The notes under the pieces: model-generated | Told to the model about the DNA's origin: nothing | What the model saw: only the letters and a program-made list of their open reading frames with translations | Databases searched by the model: none | Virus record (IMG/VR): IMGVR_UViG_3300049437_000005 | Source: a virus | Direction: 5' to 3' (one strand) | DNA: 50,462 nucleotides | Program-made: the position numbers and the translations under genes | Shown: positions 15,006 to 23,693 of the stretch, in pieces | Layout: every line of letters starts with the position of its first letter | Numbering within the stretch: the first letter of the stretch is position 1

Positions 15006-15434
15006 ATGTCAAACGGCCTTTATGAGAACGACCCGCCACCGGCAGCTACCCTTCCGCAACTCGTCAGTGATTTACTCCTCGCCAAGCTGACCGAAGAGAA
15101 CGCGAAGAAGGCGCGTATCGAAGTCGAAGAGAAGATCGCCGCCATTATTCCCGGACCCGAACGGGGACAGAAAACGGCGAAGATCGAAGGATTCAGCGTC
15201 ACCGTCGAGCGCGGCTTCAACTATAAGGCCAACGTGCAGGCCATTGTTGACGACTGGCCGAAGATCGAGAACTGCCCGGCTCCGATCAAGACGAAAGCGA
15301 CCGTCGAGTTGGACGAAAAGGGCTACGAGTATTACCGCGAGAACGTGCAGCCCTTGTTCGACAAGCATCTCGCGCCAAACGTCCAAGTCACGCCGAAGAA
15401 AATCTCCGTCACCCTGAAGGAAACGAAGAAATGA
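15006..15434 (+). CDS. Hypothetical protein (142 aa) of the recombination module
   Basis: GGAGAATGAA RBS. N-terminal coiled-coil-like segment. No confident family assignment. Confidence 0.55.
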   Translation: MSNGLYENDPPPAATLPQLVSDLLLAKLTEENAKKARIEVEEKIAAIIPGPERGQKTAKIEGFSVTVERGFNYKANVQAIVDDWPKIENCPAPIKTKATVELDEKGYEYYRENVQPLFDKHLAPNVQVTPKKISVTLKETKK

Positions 15435-15629
15435 AGCTACCGGCAGCCGTCGTCGCTGTCCTGATAGCCTTCCTTCCGTTTTGTCCGTGTCGAACGCTTT
15501 GTCGAAGCCGAGGGCCGATAAGTCGAAGTAGCCCTCGGCCCAATACTGAAGGCATCCAAGATGCGGCAAGGCCGCGCCAAGAGGCAAGTACATACGGCTA
15601 GTGAAGGCTAAAACTAAAAGATGAAGCGC

Positions 15630-15667
15630 GCCCGGCAGAAGCCGCAAGAAACTGCCGGGCTTTTTTT
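15630..15667 (+). terminator. Rho-independent terminator
   Basis: GCCCGGCAG-(13 nt)-CTGCCGGGC followed by TTTTTTT. Confidence 0.8.
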
Positions 15668-15679
15668 ACCGAGGGAACA

Positions 15680-15937
15680 ATGATAACAGCCGCCGAACTT
15701 CTAAACTCTCCGAACTGCAACTCTCCTATCGTGATTGCATTCCGCAATCATCTAGGCGGAAAGGAAGCGACGAAACGCAAGGCTCGCGAATTCCTACATA
15801 CCTTCGGCGCGCAGTACGGCCTTCGGCCCCGCAAGCCGATCTATCGAACGCCGGAAGAGAAGAAGCAATGCCAAATGCCTATTCACATAGGCGGCTCGAC
15901 GATGAAAATTCTCCGTGAGATTATGGGGAAGAAATGA
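15680..15937 (+). CDS. Hypothetical protein (85 aa)
   Basis: ORF starts 12 nt after the terminator T-tract, with GAGGGAAC upstream. ATGA overlap with the next ORF. Confidence 0.5.
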   Translation: MITAAELLNSPNCNSPIVIAFRNHLGGKEATKRKAREFLHTFGAQYGLRPRKPIYRTPEEKKQCQMPIHIGGSTMKILREIMGKK

Positions 15938-16167
15938 AGGCAATCGAGTTTTTCAGATTGATGGGTGCGTTGCAGTTTCATCTTCAGTATGAAACTGGGG
16001 TCTTAATCCATTCGGTGTTTAATCCGAACGATAAGGTCATAACGTACACAGGCGAGGCAGAGAAGCTCTATTACTATTACCTCCCCGCTGACGACCTGAT
16101 TGCCATGAGAGATGGCAGCTTGCTTGAACTTGCGATGAAAATAATCACGGAATGGAAAACGCTCTAA
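15934..16167 (+). CDS. Hypothetical protein (77 aa)
   Basis: Translationally coupled ORF with no recognisable motif. Confidence 0.45.
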   Translation: MKAIEFFRLMGALQFHLQYETGVLIHSVFNPNDKVITYTGEAEKLYYYYLPADDLIAMRDGSLLELAMKIITEWKTL

Positions 16168-17504
16168 TGGCCGACATTGCCCAACATCTCCCGACCGACT
16201 CGCAGACCATAGAGGCAATTTATGCAGCCTACAAGAAAGCTGGCGATTCTGAACAGCCTCGCGGATATCTCGGCGCTTCGCTCATCGGTCACAGTTGCGA
16301 GAGGTATCTGTGGTACACGTTTCGTTACTGCTACCGACCTGAATTCTCTGGAAGAATGTATCGGCTGTTCGAGACAGGCGACTTTGAAGAGGCTCGTTTT
16401 GTTAGCGACCTGCGCTCAATCGGCTGCGAAGTCCATGAACGCGACGAAGCCGGAAATCAATTCGCCGTAAGCGCACTCGGCGGGCATTTCTCGGGTCACA
16501 TGGATAGCGGCATTTTGGGCGTTATTGAAGCGCCTAAGACTTGGCACGTTGGCGAATTCAAAACGCACAATGCCAAATCGTTCGCCAAGCTGAAGAAGGA
16601 AGGCGTCAAGAAGGCGAAGCCACAACACTACGCTCAGATGATGGTTTACATGGGCCTTAGCGGAATGACCCGCGCCCTCTATCTCGCTCGCAACAAGGAT
16701 ACCGACGAACTGTATTCGGAGCGCGTTCGCTTCGATAAGGCCGAATTCGATTCCCTCATGGGACGCGCCGAACGAATCATCAAGGCGACGGAACCGCCCG
16801 CCCGAATCTCGAACCGGCCCGACTACTACGAATGCGGATACTGCGATGCAAAAGAAATTTGTTGGGGTTCGGCCCGGTCTGCTCTGCCTATACCGGCGAT
16901 TTCATGTCGCCAGTGTTGTCATTCAACTCCCACAATGGATGGCGAAGCACGTTGGACGTGCGAAAAACACGCACGCGGTCTGTCTGTTTCGGATCAATCA
17001 AGAGGGTGCGACGACCATTTGGTTTTGCCGGGTCTGATCTCGTTCGCCGAACCCGTCGATTACGGCGACTATTGCGGCTCGCAATGTATTACGTTCCAAA
17101 ATCTCGAAAGCATCGAGAAGTGGATTCACGGCAAGGGCAACGGCGCTTTCGGCACAAAGGAATTGATGGCGCTTTCGAGAAGCGACCTAACGAATCCGCT
17201 TGTCGAGTCGGCAAAGGAACTTCTCGGCGCTACCGTTACCGGGGCGTCAACCTCGATCTTGGCCCGCTACCCGGAAGCCGACACTCGAATCGTTTGGCGC
17301 GGCAACCAGAAGGAATTGCTCGCCAATTGGCTTCTTGTCTATCAGAAGGATATGAAGTCGGAAACGATTCTCGCCAAGGAAGATAACGTAATCAACCGAG
17401 TAGCTGAATTCGAGGGCGGGCGGATTGCGATTATCTGGACAACGATTCAGGAACCGGCAGACGGCGCTTGGTTCGACGCCGAAATTCGGGAGGGAGTCAG
17501 CTAA
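16152..17504 (+). CDS. PD-(D/E)xK Cas4/RecB-like exonuclease with an extra C-terminal domain (alternative start 16167)
   Basis: GHMD...VGEFKT (D...ExK), QHYAQMMVYM (QxxxY), N-terminal GHSCERY, and YYECGYCDAKEIC resembling a Cas4-type Cys cluster. About 200 further aa have unknown function. Confidence 0.7.
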   Translation: MENALMADIAQHLPTDSQTIEAIYAAYKKAGDSEQPRGYLGASLIGHSCERYLWYTFRYCYRPEFSGRMYRLFETGDFEEARFVSDLRSIGCEVHERDEAGNQFAVSALGGHFSGHMDSGILGVIEAPKTWHVGEFKTHNAKSFAKLKKEGVKKAKPQHYAQMMVYMGLSGMTRALYLARNKDTDELYSERVRFDKAEFDSLMGRAERIIKATEPPARISNRPDYYECGYCDAKEICWGSARSALPIPAISCRQCCHSTPTMDGEARWTCEKHARGLSVSDQSRGCDDHLVLPGLISFAEPVDYGDYCGSQCITFQNLESIEKWIHGKGNGAFGTKELMALSRSDLTNPLVESAKELLGATVTGASTSILARYPEADTRIVWRGNQKELLANWLLVYQKDMKSETILAKEDNVINRVAEFEGGRIAIIWTTIQEPADGAWFDAEIREGVS

Positions 17505-17698
17505 TGCCAATGTTCGACTACGTTTGCCACGATTGCGGCGCTGTTGAAGAAGTCCATGTCAAGTACCCTCACGTTGCGCCAGCCAAGAGAGAATGCAAGT
17601 GCGGCGCTATGGCCGTTCGCCAGTTCCCGACGCCTCACGTCATTCAGACCGGGTACAAGCCGGGCGATGCTCGCTACGGTCGCGGCAAAGGTCAGTAG
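17504..17698 (+). CDS. FmdB-like zinc-ribbon small protein
   Basis: TAATG-coupled start with GGGAGGGAG RBS. MPMFDYVCHDCG...CKCG pattern. Confidence 0.55.
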   Translation: MPMFDYVCHDCGAVEEVHVKYPHVAPAKRECKCGAMAVRQFPTPHVIQTGYKPGDARYGRGKGQ

Positions 17699-17731
17699 AT
17701 TTCTATTCACCCCTGTTTTTGGAGATGCACC

Positions 17732-18619
17732 ATGAAGTATGTTGCTGCTGTGATTGCGTTGCTCTGTTTGCCGATGCTGGCGAGCGCAGGCGTTCCCGAT
17801 GATCTTCAGGATGTGAGCGTTACGATCAAGTCTGGAAACGCCCAAGGCTCGGGCAACCTCGTTACGCGGAAGATCGGCGACGACACGATTACCTTCGTTT
17901 GGACGGCGGCGCACGTCGTTGACAACCTACGCACTTCTCGCACGGTCGTTACGGCCAACGGCGCGACAAAAACCATTATCGAATACAAAGACGCGGAAAT
18001 CGTTCAAGAGCGCCAGCAAGACGGTCGCCGGGTCGGCGAAGTGAAGTACAACGCCAAGGTTATCAAGGTCAGCGATGCCGACTACGGCGAGGATTTGGCG
18101 CTGCTTATGGTTCGATGCAATGGCGCGTATCCGCTCTCGGCCAGTACGAAGTTTCATCTCGAAGAAGGCTACATCCCAGATATCGGCGTCGAGTTGGCCC
18201 ATTGCGGCAGCTTGCTCGGCCAGTTCGGAGCCAACAGCTATACGACCGGCGTTCTCTCACAGACCGGTCGCACGTTGCCGATGAAGGGCGCGAACGTCAA
18301 GACCTTCGATCAAGTGACGACCGTATCTTTCCCCGGCTCATCTGGCGGCGGTATGTACTTGAAGGCTGACGGGACATACATCGGAATGCTGACGCAAGGC
18401 GTCAATCAGCTTCAGGGCTTCAACTTCATTGTCCCGGTTCGCCGGATGAACGCATGGGCGAAGTCGGCCAAGATCGAATGGGCCATGAACCCGGATATCG
18501 AGATGCCGACGCTGGCCGAGATCGAAGCCATGCCAGTTGAGGAAGCCGCGACTATGATCGGAGGCGTCGGGTCGAATATGGACCCGGACGGATTCGACAT
18601 TCTCTCGTTTCTGTTCTAG
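17732..18619 (+). CDS. Secreted trypsin-like (S1/Trypsin_2-type) serine peptidase
   Basis: Signal peptide MKYVAAVIALLCLPMLASAG. Catalytic-triad contexts TAAHVV (His), EDLALL (Asp) and PGSSGGGMY (Ser). Confidence 0.7.
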   Translation: MKYVAAVIALLCLPMLASAGVPDDLQDVSVTIKSGNAQGSGNLVTRKIGDDTITFVWTAAHVVDNLRTSRTVVTANGATKTIIEYKDAEIVQERQQDGRRVGEVKYNAKVIKVSDADYGEDLALLMVRCNGAYPLSASTKFHLEEGYIPDIGVELAHCGSLLGQFGANSYTTGVLSQTGRTLPMKGANVKTFDQVTTVSFPGSSGGGMYLKADGTYIGMLTQGVNQLQGFNFIVPVRRMNAWAKSAKIEWAMNPDIEMPTLAEIEAMPVEEAATMIGGVGSNMDPDGFDILSFLF

Positions 18620-18656
18620 TTAGAGCGCGCTGTTGGCTACGACGTAACCAACTGAA

Positions 18657-18727
18657 TGATCGGTAGTGAAATGGTATCACTCCCGGCGAGAAGCTATGGA
18701 ATTGCGGGTTCGACTCCCGCCCGATCA
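18657..18727 (+). tRNA. tRNA-like element with canonical geometry but a degenerate anticodon stem-loop (possible pseudo-tRNA or non-decoding tRNA mimic)
   Basis: Acceptor TGATCGG/CCGATCA pairs 7 of 7. U8 and A14 are present. D-arm GTGA-AATGGTA-TCAC. T-arm GCGGG-TTCGACT-CCCGC. 5-nt variable loop. The anticodon arm CCCGG-CGAGAAG-CTATG pairs at only 3 of 5 positions and lacks U33. Confidence 0.45.
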
Positions 18728-18734
18728 TTTTATT

Positions 18735-20378
18735 ATGTTTCAACTTCGCCCATACCAACTCGAAGCAATCGACGCGCTGCACAAGCATATCTGCGAGAAG
18801 CAGACGAACCCTTGCGTAGTGCTTCCGACCGGCAGCGGAAAGTCTGTCGTCATGGCTGGCATGATCCAGCGTTGGAAAGAGCAGGCCCCTTGGGTGCGCG
18901 GTTGCGTTCTCGCTCACCGTAAAGAACTGGTACAGCAAAATGCAGACAAATTACGCACGGCAGTACGCAAAAATACAGACGCTCCGACTTACGGATTCGG
19001 ACAGGGAGATATTGGAGTGTTTAGCGCTGGACTTGGAAAGAGAGATTACGACTCTCCAATCCTTTTCGCGTCGATTGATTCCGTTTACAACAAAGCCGGT
19101 GATTTCCAGCCGTTCGATTTCCTTTTCGTCGATGAAGCTCACAGAATTCCTCCAAGCGGCGAAGGAAAATATCGAACGTTTATTGGGGAATGTAAACGCT
19201 TTAACCCGTCCATTCGTGTAATAGGTTGGACTGCTACTCCGTTCAGAATGGGATGCGGCGCAATCTGCCACAAAGACCATATCCTTAACGAAGTATGTTA
19301 CGACGCAAAGATTACCGACCTAATAGCGCAGGGATATCTCTGTAGCCTTCGCTCGAAGGTCGGCGAGACTCAGCCTGATCTGAAAGAAGTTCGCCGCAAT
19401 TCGGGCGGCGATTACATTATCGACTCACTAGCTGAAGCGACTAACAATGATCGAATTGTTTCTACGGCCATTGCCGAAGCCGTGCGAATTATGTCGGCGG
19501 AACAACGCCGCGCCGCCGTGTTTTTCTGCGTCGATATCGAACATTGCGAAAAAGTGTCCCGCGCTCTTAGGAGCTACGGAATCAACGCTCCGTACCTTAC
19601 CGGAAAAACGAGGCAATCAGACCGCGACCGACTAATTGCAGATTTCAAGACCGGCGCAGTTCGCGCCGTCTGTAACGTCAACGTCTTAACGGAGGGTTTC
19701 GATGCGCCACATATTGATACCGTCGTATTACTCCGGCCTACGCTATCGCCTGGGCTATTCTCGCAAATGGTCGGTAGAGGTTTACGCATTCACTCCTCTA
19801 AGTCGTACTGTCTTGTGTTGGATTTCGCTGGTTGCATTGAAGAACATGGTCCGATTGATTTGCTTGGAGGCGATAAAGTCGTCATGGCGACTTGTCAAGA
19901 GTGCCGCGAATCTTTCAGTCGAGCTATCCGCGTCTGCCCTGCTTGCGGCTGGGAGATTCCTAAGCAGGAAGTTGATCGACTTGAAGCCGTCGAGAAGGAG
20001 CGCAGGATGCACGGCGCGAAGGCGTCGAGCAAATCCATTCTTTCTTCGGAGCCTGAAACGCTGAAAGTCGATTCTGTTTACTTCGCCAGACACGCGAAAG
20101 AAGGATCGCCCGATTCACTTCGCGTTCAATACAGATGCGGACTTTCAATGTTTCGTGAATGGGTTTGCCTTGACCACACAGGCTTGGCGGGCCATAAGGC
20201 GCAGCAATGGTGGAAAACTCGATTCGGCGGAAGAGAGAGAGTAACGATGAGTGATGCGCTCGGAAATATGCTATTTCCTCAGCAACTCATCGAATGGACG
20301 AAAACAATCACGGTCAAGAAGAACGGAAAGTTCTTCGAGATCGTTGGATACAACAAGCCATTGCATGAGGCAACATGA
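18735..20378 (+). CDS. SF2 DEAD/DEAH-box (ResIII-type) DNA helicase with a C-terminal zinc ribbon
   Basis: LRPYQLEAI, LPTGSGKS (motif I), FVDEAHR (motif II), TATPFR (motif III), CQECRE...CPACG. Start taken at MFQLRPYQ, downstream of the tRNA-like element. Confidence 0.8.
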   Translation: MFQLRPYQLEAIDALHKHICEKQTNPCVVLPTGSGKSVVMAGMIQRWKEQAPWVRGCVLAHRKELVQQNADKLRTAVRKNTDAPTYGFGQGDIGVFSAGLGKRDYDSPILFASIDSVYNKAGDFQPFDFLFVDEAHRIPPSGEGKYRTFIGECKRFNPSIRVIGWTATPFRMGCGAICHKDHILNEVCYDAKITDLIAQGYLCSLRSKVGETQPDLKEVRRNSGGDYIIDSLAEATNNDRIVSTAIAEAVRIMSAEQRRAAVFFCVDIEHCEKVSRALRSYGINAPYLTGKTRQSDRDRLIADFKTGAVRAVCNVNVLTEGFDAPHIDTVVLLRPTLSPGLFSQMVGRGLRIHSSKSYCLVLDFAGCIEEHGPIDLLGGDKVVMATCQECRESFSRAIRVCPACGWEIPKQEVDRLEAVEKERRMHGAKASSKSILSSEPETLKVDSVYFARHAKEGSPDSLRVQYRCGLSMFREWVCLDHTGLAGHKAQQWWKTRFGGRERVTMSDALGNMLFPQQLIEWTKTITVKKNGKFFEIVGYNKPLHEAT

Positions 20379-22627
20379 ATAATTTCCTCGAAACAGCCCT
20401 GAAGTATGCAAGCCTCGGTTGGCATATCTTCCCGATCGCGCCGGGCCAGAAGGTTCCGATTACGTCGCACGGCGTAAAGGATGCGACGACGGACCCGGCG
20501 AAGATCAACGAATGGTGGGGGCGTTGGCCTAATGCGAACATCGCGGTTGCGCTTGGCGAGATCAGCGGAGCCTATGTCGTTGACGTTGACGTGTCTGCTG
20601 ACGGAAGCGTGAATGGCCTGGAATCGCTGAAGGAATTTCCGCTGCTTCCGACTACAGTAAAGCAAGACACTCCGCGCGGAGGATTCCATGCGTTTTACAA
20701 GACTGATCGCGCTCCTGCTAACCGAAATAGCTTTCGTCCTGGCATTGACATACGCGGGAATGGCTATTACGTCGTCCTTGCGCCAAGCATTCATCCTAAT
20801 GGTGGTCGCTACGCTTGGAGTCCTAACCTCGCATTTGGAGAGATCGAACTAGCCGAGTATCCCGACTTCATGCGGCCAGTTACCCGCGCGCCGTGGGCTA
20901 ATCCGGCACCACCGGTTTCTGCCGTAACGGCCCAGGCGCGTCGGGACTTTTCAGCAACTCACGACGATACGATTCTCCGCGCAAGCTTGTACCTCGCGGA
21001 AGTCGCGCCAGCGATTCAAGGTCAAGCAGGGCACAACGCTCTGCTTTGGGCCTGTACGTGCATGGTTCGCGGTTGCAGGCTGCCGGAAGGCCAAGCTTAC
21101 GACATTCTCGCCCGCGAGTACAACCCCCGCTGCGTCCCGCCGTGGGATTTGAGTAATCCAGCGGACGAGAAGGATTTCCGACGCAAGATCAGCGAATCGG
21201 CAAGGCTGCCATGCGATAAGGCCGATGGTTGGATTCTGGACGACCCGACTTATGCACCGCTCGATCTAAATTGTGCCGACTACGACGGGATGATTGTTCG
21301 GAGCATTCAAAGCCAGCCGCAAATCGTCCTACCGCCTGCGCCGAACAACGAACTTCAATTCCTTACGCAACCGACCGGCCTGCTCGGAGAAATCTGCTCA
21401 TGGATCAACTCGACAGCAATCAAGGAACAGCCGTTTTTGTCTCTTGCCTGCTCGCTGGCTTTCCTTGGGGCGTTGTTTGGACGCAAGATAAAGGATTCGC
21501 TTGGATCGCGTACCAACCTCTATTGCATGGGAATCGCCCCGTCGAGTGCTGGCAAGGCTCATGCGATGAACCAGATACGGAGATTGTGCGCCGAGGCTGG
21601 CGCGACTGATCTTCTCGGTGGCGACGATATCGCTTCAGACTCGGCAATCGAAGATCGCATAAGCCGGGTCGAATCGACGTTGTTCTTATGGGATGAGATC
21701 GGGCATCTGCTTGCCCATATCAAATCCGGCGTCAGCAAGCACCATGCGCAAGTTGTTTCATTGCTAATGAAACTGTACTCGGCAGCCGGGAACATCTATA
21801 AGGGAAAAGAATATGCCGAACAAGAAAAGCAGCGAACCATCATCCAACCCTGCTGCTGCATCTACGGAACTTCAACGCCTGAGAGATTTACTGGCGGAAT
21901 TTCCCCCGCTGAGTTACAAGACGGCTGGCTATCTCGCTGCCTTGTGTTTTGTTCGCCAGTCAGCCCCGCCAAGAAGCGAGGAAGAAATGAACAGCCTGTC
22001 CCCGAAGCAATTATCAATCTCGTTCGAGGTTGGTATCAGCGAAAGTTTCCAACCGAGAATGATGGGCATTCACTCAGCCAATTCGTAACGACTTCGGGCG
22101 AGAAACCGGCTCCGAAGCAGATCGTCATTCCGACGACGCCCGAAGCTGACGTAATTTTTACCGACTTCGATAACGAAACCATTCTCTTCGGTCGGCAGAA
22201 TCCGCAACTCTCTTGCCTATGGGGTAAGGGCGAGGAAAACGCTCGTCGTATCGCGCTCATCGTCGCGGCAGGCGAGAACTTTAACAACGCCGTTATTACC
22301 CCGGCGATTGCGAACTATGCCTGCCGACTCGTTCGATTTCTGCTAATCGACTTCGCCGAAACGATTGTTCCCGAAATCGCCAACAGCGTTATAGAGAACA
22401 ACAAGCGCCGACTCGTCAACGCAATTAAGCCGTTCGGAGTTTCCGGGGCAATCAAGCGTGAGGTTACATTCTCCTCGCGTTGGGCCGACAAGAGAACGCG
22501 AGACAACCTCTTGGCCGACCTTATCGAATCGGGCGAGATCGTCTGCACGATGGATAAGGGGAAGAAGTCGGTTCGCTATTGGACGGCAGAAAACTACCAG
22601 AAGTATTTACTCAGTAATGACGCCTGA
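20375..22627 (+). CDS. Bifunctional Prim-Pol primase fused to a P-loop (DUF3987/helicase-like) domain
   Basis: N-terminal ALKYASLGWHIFPIAPGQKVP...ATTD...WW...NIAVALG..SGAYVVDVD matches the Prim-Pol N-terminal domain. Central GIAPSSAGKA is a Walker A. Confidence 0.8.
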   Translation: MNNFLETALKYASLGWHIFPIAPGQKVPITSHGVKDATTDPAKINEWWGRWPNANIAVALGEISGAYVVDVDVSADGSVNGLESLKEFPLLPTTVKQDTPRGGFHAFYKTDRAPANRNSFRPGIDIRGNGYYVVLAPSIHPNGGRYAWSPNLAFGEIELAEYPDFMRPVTRAPWANPAPPVSAVTAQARRDFSATHDDTILRASLYLAEVAPAIQGQAGHNALLWACTCMVRGCRLPEGQAYDILAREYNPRCVPPWDLSNPADEKDFRRKISESARLPCDKADGWILDDPTYAPLDLNCADYDGMIVRSIQSQPQIVLPPAPNNELQFLTQPTGLLGEICSWINSTAIKEQPFLSLACSLAFLGALFGRKIKDSLGSRTNLYCMGIAPSSAGKAHAMNQIRRLCAEAGATDLLGGDDIASDSAIEDRISRVESTLFLWDEIGHLLAHIKSGVSKHHAQVVSLLMKLYSAAGNIYKGKEYAEQEKQRTIIQPCCCIYGTSTPERFTGGISPAELQDGWLSRCLVFCSPVSPAKKRGRNEQPVPEAIINLVRGWYQRKFPTENDGHSLSQFVTTSGEKPAPKQIVIPTTPEADVIFTDFDNETILFGRQNPQLSCLWGKGEENARRIALIVAAGENFNNAVITPAIANYACRLVRFLLIDFAETIVPEIANSVIENNKRRLVNAIKPFGVSGAIKREVTFSSRWADKRTRDNLLADLIESGEIVCTMDKGKKSVRYWTAENYQKYLLSNDA

Positions 22628-23003
22628 ATCAATCACTATCGTACTGCCGCTGCCAGCCAGGGGACTGCAACCGAACTGCACGATTGGCAGCTTCGGAGGG
22701 CGAATGATGAGGGCGTCGGCGACGAAGAGATACAAACGCTTAACGTGCGAGGCAATTGAGAATGAAGATATTCAAACGCGACCCTGGAAGGTTGCTTTGG
22801 TTGAGGCCAAGTTTTATTTCAAAACGAAACGAGGCCGCGATACTGATAATGCTGTTGGGTCGCTCAAGTCGGCGTATGACGGCATTGTTGTCTCTGGTCT
22901 TATTCCCAATGACACCCCGGAATTCATGCGACGCTCTTGGCCTGAGCTACTGGTTGACTCCAAAAACCCGCGCGTCGAAATCAAGATAACGAGGATCGAA
23001 TGA
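22617..23003 (+). CDS. rusA: RusA-like Holliday junction resolvase
   Basis: KRGRDTDNAVGSLKSAYDGIVVSGLIPNDTP matches the RusA D.DN..K...D pattern. 128 aa. Confidence 0.7.
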   Translation: MTPESITIVLPLPARGLQPNCTIGSFGGRMMRASATKRYKRLTCEAIENEDIQTRPWKVALVEAKFYFKTKRGRDTDNAVGSLKSAYDGIVVSGLIPNDTPEFMRRSWPELLVDSKNPRVEIKITRIE

Positions 23004-23476
23004 TTACCGAAACCGACAGCAAACGAATCACGAAGATGATCGAGGCCGGTATGCGAATCAAGGAAATTGTTCGCACAACCGGAATCGCAAGGAACACGGT
23101 TCGACGTGTCGTTCGAGAGTACCGGCTGCTCTCAACAATAACGAGTGAGCAAGAAGCACAGGTATCCAAACTGCTAAAAGTTGGCCTGCCGGTAGGCGCG
23201 GTCGAAGCCGAAACGAAAATTCCAAGGTTAGCAGTAACCGCATTGAAGCGCAAGACTGCGAAACCAGCCGACCAAAAAAAAGAAGATGCCGTCGAATGCG
23301 GACTTGTTTTCCTTACGACACCTAATGATTCTCCAAGCGTCAGGCGTCTATGCGATATCGTCGCCGACGTTGCGAACCTCGGGAATCTTCACTTGATATC
23401 CCATCCACTGTTCTATCAACTGGCTCGCCGCGCAAAAAAACTAATGGAGAAAATCAATGCGAACGAAACCGTCTGA
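23000..23476 (+). CDS. Putative HTH DNA-binding protein (resolvase/IS-type HTH)
   Basis: RIKEIVRTTGIARNTVRRVVRE helix-turn-helix, with a second HTH-like segment downstream. Confidence 0.5.
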   Translation: MITETDSKRITKMIEAGMRIKEIVRTTGIARNTVRRVVREYRLLSTITSEQEAQVSKLLKVGLPVGAVEAETKIPRLAVTALKRKTAKPADQKKEDAVECGLVFLTTPNDSPSVRRLCDIVADVANLGNLHLISHPLFYQLARRAKKLMEKINANETV

Positions 23477-23693
23477 ATTAGTTGCGAAGGCAATAGGTCG
23501 GTCAAAGGCTAAGACTTGGCTAGAGCGACTTCCGGCGAAGGATCGCGCCTACGTCAGCGAGATCGTCAAAGAAATCCGCAAGACACCCGGCGTCAATATA
23601 CAGGCTATAGTTCGCCTGATTGTTAGCGAATTGCATCTGAATGTTTCGCTAATCACCGTTCGCCAAACCATCTCGGAGTTAATCAATGCGTAA
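23457..23693 (+). CDS. Hypothetical small protein (78 aa)
   Basis: ORF overlaps both neighbours by 20 nt and 8 nt. No confident motif. Confidence 0.4.
   Translation: MRTKPSELVAKAIGRSKAKTWLERLPAKDRAYVSEIVKEIRKTPGVNIQAIVRLIVSELHLNVSLITVRQTISELINA

Noticed and set aside
15431-15601. A 56-codon ORF (MKLPAAVVAVLIAFLPFCPC...) ATGA-coupled to 15006..15434, with an inverted repeat CCGAGGGC/GCCCTCGG (about 15508-15538) inside it.
   Set aside because: It is plausible as a small membrane peptide. However, it has no independent RBS, a low-complexity C-terminus and no conservation evidence available, so it was not listed as a feature.
18657-18727. Possibility that the tRNA-like element is a stop-codon suppressor tRNA signalling an alternative genetic code.
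   Set aside because: No CUA, UCA or UUA anticodon can be placed in a 7-nt loop with a paired stem. All large late genes are open in the standard code, with no in-frame stops.
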